A program made the translations under genes and the position numbers. The notes beneath the pieces were generated by a model. That model was not told where the DNA came from. It did not search any database and saw only the letters and a list, made by a program, of their open reading frames with translations. A stretch of 64,000 bases of DNA from Neoechinorhynchus agilis (taxonomy: Eukaryota > Animalia > Acanthocephala). Every line of letters starts with the position of its first letter. Position 1 is the first letter of the stretch. Shown piece by piece: positions 53,013-64,000 of this stretch. Location: NCBI GenBank assembly GCA_051530055.1, contig CM121342.1, forward strand, positions 8,695,480-8,759,479, written 5' to 3'.

Positions 53013-54919
53013 ATGTCGTCTTCATTTCGTTCCTTTAATACGACTGGCGATACGTCTCATGTTGCTTCTAACTGTGAAGAAAACAACAAGGTATCCTTTT
53101 CTTGCTTCTAGCAAATTGATTGATGGATTTATCTCAATATGCATGTAAGCGACGAGACATTTTTAAGCTCAGCAATATGCGAGTTTTCATCATTATCCAC
53201 AAAAACTTTAATAAAATGTAACCTATTTTGAAAAAAAAACATATATATATTTCAATTAATTATTTTAAGCGTACAAACTGATTATGACTCACTTTAACAC
53301 TTCTGAACACACACACATTTTATAGTGAGAATAATATCAAGGATTTTTTAAAAATGAAAAATACTCAAAAAAATTAGATGTTATGAATTATTAGATTAGA
53401 TTCCAATAAGAAAATATAAAAGACTTTATCACACCAAAATTTCATCTTTTTTTCATAAGCGTTTCGATTGCGAATTCAAGTTTTAATACGAATGCGTTTC
53501 TATTTCAGTGCAAATAAGTGTCTATTGCCATAAAAATATCGGAAGAAGTTGAAAATATAAGTTATAGTGAACTATTAGCTTTTCTTCAAGTACATAAAGC
53601 ACTTCAATATTTCAAAATATTGATTTTTTTGATTAAAAATCCCTTAGTTATTTGGCAACCAACACTTTTTTTCGGGATTTTTACGCACAAAATCATTTCA
53701 GCTGCTAGTACTCGACTATCGGAACAAGCAGCTTGCCGGTTTCCAAGTGAATGGGCACCTAATGATTTGTCTGCCTCAAGCCTACCAGTTATTCTTATCG
53801 GACGTTATCGGGGGCATGCACACCGTTTACACAAAGTTGAAGCGATTGGGTATACAGCCAATAATCTGCAATGTCGAACAAGTTAGTATCTAAGTGGATA
53901 TTCTGCTCTTAAACTGAAATCTGATTTTCTTCAGGTTCGTTTACTTCGTGGTGTAGGCGCCATACAAAGTGGAGTTAATCGGTGCAAGTTAATAAAGCCT
54001 GGGGAGTTTGATAAACTCTACGAGGATTGCACAGATTTAAAGTGAGATTCTGATTTAGTGAATTACATAAATAGGAAAATTAGCTCTAGGCCAGGTAGAC
54101 CTGCAAAAAGAGTATCGCCTATTAGTAAAGATGAATGCAAACCTCAAAAGCGGCAGCATGTGGATACTTATAACTCTTTCGGTCTATGGCCTGGGGGAGG
54201 TTTGACTTTAGATTTGAACTAAAATGCTCCAACCTGACGAAAAGGTTCGAGTAATGTTGAAGCGACGTTCACCGGCGACAGAAGGTTCATTCACCCGTCA
54301 TTATATGGCAGTAACATTCATCATCCAACGTTGCTCGCTCCAATGGTCAATCCAAATAGAGTTCATACAGAATCCTTCAGCCATTCGCTTCTGCCGTCCA
54401 ATTTAGTTTATGGTGGCGAATATCAAAGAACGAGGAATTTTACGTGAGTTCCTTTTTGCTAATAAAACTTTAATTCGCTAATTTAGTGTTCCTCGTGAAT
54501 ACCAACCAAGAAGATCTAACAGATATCGGGGTGAGCTTTCTATCCCTAAGAGTATGCCATTATTATTACTTCGTCTAAAAAGAATCATTCATGATCGACA
54601 ATTTGATTGACAAATCACCGAAGCAAGAGCAGCCAATGGAAATTAATAATAAACTCCAGACTATTATAAACGAGATTTCTTCTCTTAATCAATCATTGAG
54701 TTCAATCGATACTCATCTTAAGGGAGCTGTCCATGATGATCTTCGTAAGTGAGAGACATCATTTTTCTTGGAATTATTGCGTTTCAAATTAAAGAAATAA
54801 TTAAAAATGAGTACAGCCAATCAAAACTCGTTACAAGAAGGCTCCAAAAGCAACTCTCCATTTATACAAGAAATGGTCGATACCAATACGGATTTTCACC
54901 GCGACTGTTTAGGATGTAG
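53013..54919 (+). CDS. dac: Dachshund-family (Ski/Sno/Dac) transcription regulator, about 8 exons
   Basis: Spliced translation ICLPQAYQLFLSDVIGGMHTVYTKLKRLGIQPIICNVEQ|VRLLRGVGAIQSGVNRCKLI..LYEDC..SRPGRPAKR. Introns 53091-53701, 53882-53934 and 54042-54083 are GT-AG. Confidence 0.9.
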
Positions 54920-56474
54920 ATGGTAACGAACACTTGTATTTTGAATTTGTTGAAATAAAGATTATGAAACCAAACATTTATACAGTTTTACGCAGGATAT
55001 GTTTGCGGCAAAGGCTTGTAATAATAGTGAGAATTTAAAGCGAAATATTTTTTCTTAAATATTTTCTGAAACAGGCAAAATTTATTAATATTAGATAAAA
55101 GTGTTTGGGCATTAAAAATAATATTGTTTGCGAATATTTTCATTGTCGTTTTGATATTCAAATCGAGACTTCCTAATTTTATTAAAATTCATGAAGTTTA
55201 TTTTAGCATTTAAAATTCTACGTGATTAAATACTTGCATTTTTGCATTTACTGTTTGCGAAGCATTCAAGCCAAGTTCATTGAATACCTAAAAAAATCAT
55301 GAGGACATTATTCAGCTTCATAATGACTTGCGAGATGGAAAAAATTGATGTAGTTATCGGCAACATCAATAGATCGTTTATTCGTCTTTTAGATTTAGTT
55401 TACAATAAGCCACGGCAAATAAATTAAATTTTAGCCACATGTTATAGAATTAATATTAATCAAAAGCCAATCAGAGTTCTTTTGTCCTTTAAAACATGGT
55501 GTTTTATTTTAACCAAAACATGATTGGTCGAGAATTTTTAATGAATTTAAGCTTAAATCTCTAACCGTGAAATACATAAATTCGATTTGCATTTCAGCAT
55601 AGGAATTTGTTACTGTTTGAACATGCAAGCCACTCACAATCATTGTATTTAAAAACTTACGCTCTTGTTAACGGACCATTAAATACGATATTCGCCAGTT
55701 TACCGTAATTTGAAAGAATGATAAACTTATACATTTTGATGCAAAGAAAAATTAGAGAATATAATAAGAAAATCTTCTGAATGACGGCCTGTATTTATGT
55801 CAAGATTAAAAGATGAGCAAAGCTTTAACTGCAACATCCCAGAAAATATGAATGTCGCATATAATTTCTTATGATAAACAACTATAAAAGTTACTTTCAT
55901 GTATAATAAATTTAAATAATATCGATTATGCCGCAGTTGCCCACTCACATTATGAAGTATTCAAAAACGATCAAATGGTTAAAAGTGTACTCGCTGATTT
56001 GCTAAAGTATCAATCAGAGAAAGAGCTTTCAAAGGAAAAAATAGAAATCTAATTTTCAAGTTTTTAAAATTGCAGATAAGAGGTGTTCAGGTCTATCTTA
56101 ACTTTAACGGGCTTCGATTTATTGATTAACCTCAATCGCTGATTTTTTTATAATAATCCTTTTTGAAGTTTTCCAGTTTACTTTAAAAGTGCATCTTTTG
56201 GATGGTGATTTGGTCAATTTCTGGAATAGCAGGAAGAAATCCATAAGGTGCCAGTTATTGTAGAAACGTTAAAAATTTAACATCGTCATTTTTTAAGACT
56301 AAAATGGTCGCGTTTTTTAGGTGTTCGTTTTTGTAAAACGACGATACCGATATCTTGCGAAAAATTCCATTCTTCTGAACCTTTTTTTCATAAAAATCGA
56401 GCTTCAAAATTCATTTGAGAATTTAAATTTTTAAGAAGATTTGGCCACACACAGTGAGAGCTACAGTTTTCGAT

Positions 56475-57212
56475 ATGGTATTCACAAATGGAATTGGTAG
56501 TTTTAATGTGAAAGCAAAATCGATTTCGATCGCCGTCGAAGGCAACATTGGCAGTGGGAAGACGACATTGCTCCATCACATGTCAAAAAAGCTCAAATGT
56601 TCAGTTATATGCGAACCCGTGAATGAATGGCGTGACCTTGACAATCAGAATCTTTTAAAGAAGCTTTATTCAAACCCTAAGCGCTGGTGCACGACGTTCC
56701 AAACAAAAGTTATGCTGGATATGGCTCGTATCCATCGATCAGCATGCGAACCTGGAATCAATTTCCTTGAACGGACCATTTATAGCGCAAAGCATTGCTT
56801 TGTGGACGTTATGTACGACCTTAGCTGACCGAGTGATATAGATTTGGGGGTCTTAAGATAAAATCTATATTTTAAGCTGATGGACAAAGCGGAGCATAGT
56901 ATTCTTTGTCAACTGTATAAAGAACTCTTGGAACATAATTTACCACGAACTGATATTGTGCTTTATATTCAGAGTTGTCCTAAAGTTTGCTATGAACGAA
57001 TCAGGCTTAGGAATATCCCCGAAGAAGTGGCACACATTGATCTTGCTTACTTGCAAAGAATTCATAACGCTCATCATGAATGGATCGAGTCTCTAAGAAA
57101 GGAAGATGGACCCGATTCTCCTATTGTAATTACTGCTAATGGAGATTTGGATGCTAATGAAGTGCTCGATGATGTCATTGACAAACTTAATTCACTTATT
57201 ATGATGATGTGA
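56475..57212 (+). CDS. Deoxynucleoside kinase (TK2/dNK family) with one TA-flanked segment
   Basis: IAVEGNIGSGKTT P-loop, EPVNEWR, Y..PKRW..FQ, ERTIYSA, YERIRLR..EE, YLQRIH. Confidence 0.93.
56824..56874 (+). other. TA-flanked foldback intervening sequence (51 nt) in dNK
   Basis: TTA repeats at 56821-56823 and 56872-56874; perfect 10-bp stem ATATAGATTT/AAATCTATAT. Removal gives FVDVMYDLKLMDKAEH. Confidence 0.65.
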
Positions 57213-59226
57213 CAAACGTAAAGTGTCTTTGGATTATTTCTTGTGGTCAGAGGTCGAGACGATCTTAAACACGAGGAAAAGCAAGTCTAATATTTTTTAT
57301 ATATCTAAAATTACGGCTTCCTTGAACATTCAGCATTTCTGTTATCCGCGAAATAGCTGATTTGTTGTTACGACATTTTCAATTCTACGGTCTCCCTTTT
57401 ACGGCAGGCAGGTGAAGAGGAAACGGCCTCTTTCCTGTGAGGGATCTCTTCGTCGAACGTGGCAGGAGGAAAGTCGAAGGATTCGCTAATTTTAGCAACT
57501 GCGAGAGCTGAACCGATCAGATTTTAACGAAATCAAATCGCATATTTTCGATTCTTGGATTACATCGAGGGCAGGATGTATCTTTGAAGCGTCTTTTGTG
57601 ATTATCTCCAATTTTTTCGGATCTTAGAAGCAATCAATGTAAGGCACGGCAGTGATAGGTCCTTCTATGCCGCTATCGTCTAAATACCAAATAGCCATGG
57701 AAGACGAAAGGCAGTTATTCTAAATATTCCATCAACTGTCACGTTTTGATTATGTAATGAGCTTTTAAGAAACCCTGATAATGTTAATATTTGGAAAAAA
57801 CGCTCAATCTACCGAATATCTTGCAAGCTTAGAAAGATTATCCGGTGACTATGAGCGAAATAAGACGAATTTCCATTAGACAGAAAATTTATGTGGGGTT
57901 CATCTGCGTAAACGCAATGTGCGAAATTTAATTACTGTTTAACGTTTTAGCCAACTGAAAACAAATTATGAAGAATCTGACATTTTACGTTGATTGCAGC
58001 TATTTAAATTATCCCAGATTTGGTTCCACTTTAAATTATAGTTGCGGTTTTCCGCTGATGCCAGAAACTAAGTTAAATTTGACGTCTTTTTTTGGTATGA
58101 TTGTTCAATTCGATTGCGCTCACATTAGCGAACTTGAAAAAATTATCCGATGGCATTTCGGATGGTAGCGTACTTATCTTAGACAGCGAATCCGTAGGTC
58201 ACAAATGAAGCCAAATTGAACGATTGTGGCCATATTGGCCATTATTGGGATCGATATATGAAAAACTAAAGTCGAATTGTGTCTCTGGTGTTGAGTCCGA
58301 CGGTTATCCTTCTTCCTTGCCTATAAAAAAATCCAATGTTAAACCGAGTACATTTTCCGGATAACAAAACAATTTTAATTAATGGATAGTTTCCTTTTGG
58401 CAATGCACGGATTCTTGCGATCTATTGTGAGCCTAGTTAAATTTATATCACTGTTTTTCTCATTATTCTGAAAACTAGAATTTCTGCGAAGCTATCAAAA
58501 AATGGAGCGATGATTTTCCGATTTTAGCGATATTGCATGAAATGAATAGAGAAATGAACGTCTCATGTTGAAATGATTGTTTGTCTGCATCAGTGTTTGC
58601 ATCCTTCGATTTACCCAACAAAGCATATTAAGCTTTTTTCTTCTTAGATAACACTTTTGAGTGTGCACGATGTGTACATAAATAACAAAAACCAACTTAT
58701 TTTGGTAGCATTTAGTGTCCGCCCTTTTAATCCTTAAATACAAAAACGTATACCAGCCTTCCAAGTTACAAACGAAAAACAATACCATTTTGACTTTATC
58801 CATTTACCTTTTAAAAGTGTCAGATGACCCATTTTGGAAGCGGTCGATTGTCCATTTCAGAAATTATTTTCGATCACGAAAAGGATTCGAATCTCTACAT
58901 CGAAATGACGAATAGTAAAGAAGTCATTGAACTATCACGAGTTTGTCGCTGTAAAATTGTGAATCATCAAAAGGGTTGTTCTCAAATACTTCTAAGTTCT
59001 CAACACCTCCATATTTACTAAAATTTTAAAGTCTACACATTATTTTAATTTGATCAAAACGCCGATGAACATTATGGCAGTTTTTCTTTTGGGAACCAGG
59101 GTGGTTAGAGCAAAGCTTGTAAAATTCAAACAACCCTGCGCCTTGACCATCGCCACTAGTTTTTCAATCAAAAATACATAATCTACGGTATTCAAAGTTA
59201 ATTTTCACTCTAATTCACACGCAATC

Positions 59227-62043
59227 TCATTGCCCATACTCACTACCGACAGCACTATTCACCTCTCGTTTCCTTCTCCAAACCACGCAGGTTCTATCAG
59301 CGCTTGTACTTACAAACGCATCCGTCTCGTATGGATGCCATCGAGCTTGGACGACTTTATCTGAATGCCGACCAACGATTGTCATTCCATTGTTGGGACC
59401 ATTCACAAAGGATCCAATTCTTAAAGTCATATCATACGACGCAGTCAATACTGTCGGCGCTGCTCCGTTCGATTCCGAACAGAATCTAATCGATCGAACT
59501 TGACCGTCGTGGATCTCGTTTAGGTTAGCCCGTGGTTGTACCGATCGCTGATGAGGTTGACCCATCATGCGTAAATCCCAAAGAAAGATCTTGGCGTCTT
59601 CGTGACTACTTGCAAGAAGGTATGAGGAATCGGCGTGAATTGCTGCTACAGGACTTAAAGTGGACGTAGTTGATATTTCCGCAGATGGATTCCTTAGATC
59701 CCAAAGTCGAATAGACCGGTCAAATGATCCACTGATAAGTGTAGATACAATTGAGGGACATTGGGCGAGGCAGTATACGTGGCCTCTGTGCGATGTGAGG
59801 GAGCGAATGGTTTGTCGAGAAATCACGTCAGTTATTGCTGCTGAGATTGTCGATTTTTAACATTTTTAAAAAATGTTAAGTTTGTGAAAAAAGTCGAAAT
59901 CGCCACACTCGCTCTCTTTTTTTTATAGAAAACTCATGGGAATCGTGAGTTATTTTTATAAGGCGGACTACAGATTAAAACTCAATAAAAGCCACCGTGG
60001 CATACCGTTTAGACCTGACTAACAACAAATCAATATCTATTCTTCTCATCACCAAAAAAGAACACATATTAAATAGGCGTAAATTGGGACACTTGGTGGT
60101 TAAATAGGCCGACTTTTAATCCAGACATAGTTTGAGTTAAAATACAAAGTGTGTAAAGTATTCCCTGCTCGGTAAGGGAAGTCTTTTACGAAAATTAGCA
60201 CTTAAGGGTGTTCTAAACGTCGCGCGGGATGTACGAATCCTTTATTCGAAATGTCCATGGATTCTATTGTATTCCGTTAACTTAAATCACCAGAAACCTA
60301 TGATGGAAAGGTTTTTTTCGATTTGGTTTAAACAGACAAAACCTATGTTGGGTGATCGATTTTTTCCACCTTAAAAAATGCCAAAGCCTTTTAACAAAAA
60401 ATACATTTTCGTCACCTTTGGTTGTTTTGTTTAAATTTAGACTGAAAAGCTCCATGCTACTAAGAATTGTGTTCAATCCCAACAGATCTACATGGATTCT
60501 ACAGTCTCCCGCTCCTCCGCTAACAATAACATCCCCATCAGAACCGAAGAATAGTACGTCCCTGACAGTTCCGTTATGCAAGGTTAGCTGAGTGATCGAT
60601 CCGAGATGGCCGTTAGTAAAGTTGACTAGTTTAATGCTTTTGTCATTGGATCCAGAAGCAAGTAAACGTCCACTTGGGTGCCAGTCTAGGCAATAAATCG
60701 ATCCACCATGATAGTTTTCATAATGAGAGAGTACGTGAGTCGGTACAGGCGAACTCGTATTTTTTGCAGTCGTCAACGCTGGCCATAGACAAATCCGGAG
60801 CATTTTAGAATTTGATCCAACTGCGTAGTAATTTCCTTGTGTTGGGTGTATTTATTACAATTCTTTTTGAAACGGAGAAAAAGATTCGTAATTATATGGC
60901 AACAGCCCTAATGGCTTGAGCGTCCTGCATGTGATTTGCCCTATAGTATTCTATTCTTTTTTCTTGAGAAGGGCAAGTCCGATCAGATAATGAGAGAGCC
61001 TGGAGGTTTTCGACGGAATCGAACGTATGAGAAGGCGTGGGAGTTAGTGCTGCTGTTCCGGTGGTTACCGTTGATGTTGGAACGGAGGCTGCAGGTGGAG
61101 GCGGCGGAGGCGGTAAAGATTTCCGAGGATGTTCTTGCTTGAGTGTAGATTTGATTGGAACTGTGCAGAGACTGAGATTCCGTTGAGCGAATGAGCAAGA
61201 GAATGTCTCAATTGGAAGGAATTGAAGCCACGAGAGGAGTGATGCATCCATGTCCGTCATTGTTGTTTCAGCCAGCACAGACACGGTTCGACTACATAAA
61301 GACATGTTAGGTGGATTCTCAATGGATTGTGGATTCACGTTATCGTCGTCATTGAATACAGTAGCCGCTATTTGACAATATTCCATACATGTTTCGTAAA
61401 GAAGACCTTTTACAATCAATTGAATCAATCGATCATTCGTAGATTCACCGATGTCATTGTTCTTTGCGTGTTCAAGCGCCATACAACGCTCAATGCACTC
61501 ACTTTTGTTTCGACATAAATTCCATTTAGGATCGTTCACTATTGCAAAGAACCGCGATGTTAAACTCACACTCCTCTCACGTCGTATAAGACCCAAAAGC
61601 TGATTGACTTTTTCGCATTCACCTGGATATTCGGATAAATCTTTGCTAGTGAGGAGCATCGACAATAATTGGACTAATTTATCGTGAACGTCGATTTGAT
61701 CATTTATAAAATAGAGGTAAGAGAGCTCCAATGCTTGGTGAAGTCGAATAACCGTTATTTGTGCGTCGTTACCCGATACTTGAGAAGCAGCTCGTTCGTA
61801 ATCAGCGTTCTGAATGCTCTGTCGAAGAGAAGACGATCTTCTAAGACCATTAAGTATTCCAGTCTCTTGTTCAAGGTTCGTCGCTGAACTCGAAAATTGC
61901 TTTTTATACAGATATTCGAGAATGAGCTTGGTTACATCACTATCCTTGACGGTAACCCGAACATTTCCATATTCCTCGGGTGCTGGTATATTAACGGCGC
62001 TTTCCGACGGGATAAACGAATTGTGACTCGAATCGTCGTTCAT
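59227..62043 (-). CDS. WDR47: WD repeat-containing protein 47 (LisH/CTLH + C-terminal WD40), two TA-flanked segments; start codon uncertain
   Basis: VTVKDSDVTKLILEYL, DRLIQLIVKGLLYE.C.EYCQ, DAQAIRAVA|IHP..YYAVGSNSK.LRIC, HGGSIYCLDWHPSGRLLASGSNDK, GAGDCRI, HSDKVVQARWHP. Confidence 0.92.
59833..60488 (-). other. TA-flanked 656-nt intervening sequence in WDR47 with paired ends
   Basis: Minus strand GTA|GAT CTGTTGGGATTG ... CAATCTCAGCAG CAATA|ACT: a 12-bp stem with two G-U pairs. Removal gives GAGDCRIHVTDV. Confidence 0.7.
60849..60894 (-). other. TA-flanked foldback intervening sequence (46 nt) in WDR47
   Basis: Minus strand ATA|TAA TTACGAATCTTTTT..AAAAAGAATTGTAA TAAATA|CAC. Removal gives AVAIHPTQG. 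No local GT-AG solution found. Confidence 0.8.
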
Positions 62044-63289
62044 TGAGTCGTAATTCTCGTAGAGAATATCTGCAAGTTTTTTGAAAGGCCCTAAAAACAG
62101 GGGTATAGTCGCAAAATCAAATGCACAATTGAGGCTGATAGTCTCTTTTTCAGTCCGTAAAACAACTTTCATTCTCCATGGATTGAGTTTTTCTTTCAAA
62201 AAAAGGATCTTGTTAGCAAATTATTTCATTGAGGTCGACGTCTGTATACCATAAGTACATTTTATTTAATTAAAGGGAAAATTAAAATGAAAAACCTAAT
62301 CTTTTTTCATTATTTTCAACTTAGATAAATAAATTCGTGCTAGGCTGCCTTTGTGAATGCACACACAAAAAAGCGACATACATCCGTCCGAAAAACGAGG
62401 TCAAATAGTAAAAGTTAAGTAAATTTTACAAGATTAAGTGCGTTTGGGGGAAACCGATCGGTGATTTTTCAATGTAAAAAATGAATGTGAAGTTTCCTTC
62501 TTCTTTTTTAACCTCAATACCTAACGAAAGTTGGTGGAGTTAAAATATACATTTTTTCATAAATTGCCAGAACATCTAATCGTTAAATTTCCAAACTCGC
62601 AAATCTACAGCCAATCGACTAGAATTACCAAAACAAAAAATACGATTTGACACTGCGTAACGCGGTTTTTTTCCTCAAGTTTTATTCAGTTACAAATAAC
62701 AGCAGTTTTGTTGTCATAAAATTGATTAGGATTCCAAATCTACGTTTGGAAAGTTCGCAAAAACGAGGTGAGAACGTAAACGAAATATATACTGTTAATA
62801 GTGAACAAAAAAGCCAAAGTACCCAAGGGAAAATCATAATTTTGATTTTTAGAACTTCAGTAATAGGATTCCGGAATTTTAGTACGTCGCAAGAAGCATT
62901 TTGCTACATGAGAGAAGATTGGCAGTGCTGCGAAACAGTCAATACATTCGTTGCCAATGTTTATCTTGTTGCAAGGCGGGGAATGGCAACAGGTCAGGTG
63001 CTTCAGGGTGGTTGGAGGAGTGCTGCTGAAGCAGACAATTCGTCTCTTCCTCACACAACCGGGACATCAGATTTATTGCACGGACTGATTCGTTTGCGAA
63101 GCTTGTGCACGGGGATGTCTTGTAATTGCTTTTACTGAAATACCCATATGGAAAAGGAGATTAATTTTAGATTCTTAGAAGATGAGGAACCAAAATGAAG
63201 GTTTTTCGAAAAAAATGCAAACAGTCACGACTTTAGAGGTTTTCTAATCTACGCAAAAAGACTGTTCGCGGAAGTTTTTTTATAAGAAC

Positions 63290-64000
63290 CACTAATATAT
63301 GATAGGGTTTTAAATTTAATAACGCTCCTTTTTGACGCTAACTCGGCCAAAGAAAACCAGGGCTCTAAAAAAGGAACGGCTAATAAAAGAAAGGGTTTTT
63401 AGATTCAATAGGGCTCCTAGTTTGCGTAAAATTTGATTCAGACAATCAGAGCACTTAAAATTCATCGTTGATATAAGAAAGGAGCTTTTTTTGTTAAGGC
63501 TAATTTTTGGGTATATTTTGCCAATGAAAATAAGGGCTCTCCAAATTCATTGCTAATACAACAAAGGATTTTAAATGTAATAAAGCAACTTTTGGGATTA
63601 ATTCTACCACAGAAAATCAGAGCTCTTTAAATTCTTCGAAGATAAAAAAAGGTTTTTAAATGTAATAAAGCTTCTAGAAAATCAGTGCTCTTTAAATTCT
63701 TGGAAGATAAAAAGGGTTTTTATATGTATTAAAGCCTCTTTTTTAGGTTTGATTCTACCATAATAATCAGGGCTCTTTAAATTATTCGAAGATAAAAAAG
63801 GTTTTTAAATGTAATAAAGCTTCTTTTTTAGGTTAATTCTACCATAGAAAATCAGGGCTCTTTAAATTCTTCGAAGATAAAAAAAGGTTTTTAAATGTAA
63901 TAAAGCTTCGTTTTTGGGTTAATTCCACCATAGAAAATAAGCACTCGCTAAATTCATCGCGGACACAAGAAAATTTTTAAATGTAATAACGACACTTTTT
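63290..64000. repeat. Degenerate tandem repeat, ~85-bp unit (about 8 copies, one shortened), running off the window end
   Basis: The TCAGGGCTCTTTAAATT motif recurs at ~63617, 63682, 63767, 63852 and 63937. Confidence 0.85.

Overview
AT-rich, gene-dense DNA from a fast-evolving invertebrate animal with short (about 40-60 nt) spliceosomal introns. Host genes: NDOR1-like diflavin reductase, PMCA Ca2+-ATPase, intronless mRNA capping enzyme, a probably pseudogenised ABCC transporter, folate-receptor-like, dachshund, deoxynucleoside kinase and WDR47. A repeat-rich block (about 12-49 kb) holds 137-bp and ~336-bp tandem arrays, a GC-rich virus-like ORF split by a hammerhead-bearing Penelope insertion (10-bp TSD), Ty3/gypsy fragments and a tRNA-derived foldback element. 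The main observation is a second class of intervening sequence in four conserved genes (NDOR1, PMCA, dNK, WDR47). These are seven segments (46, 51, 51, 54, 60, 61 and 656 nt) that lack GT-AG ends in the homology-restoring register. Each is bounded by a TA direct repeat and folds so that its two ends pair, and removing each with one TA restores the frame (and the conserved motif in the five best cases). This suggests an undescribed structure-guided splicing system or IES-like DNA-excision system that coexists with ordinary GT-AG introns. All annotation was done by eye; no database searches were run.
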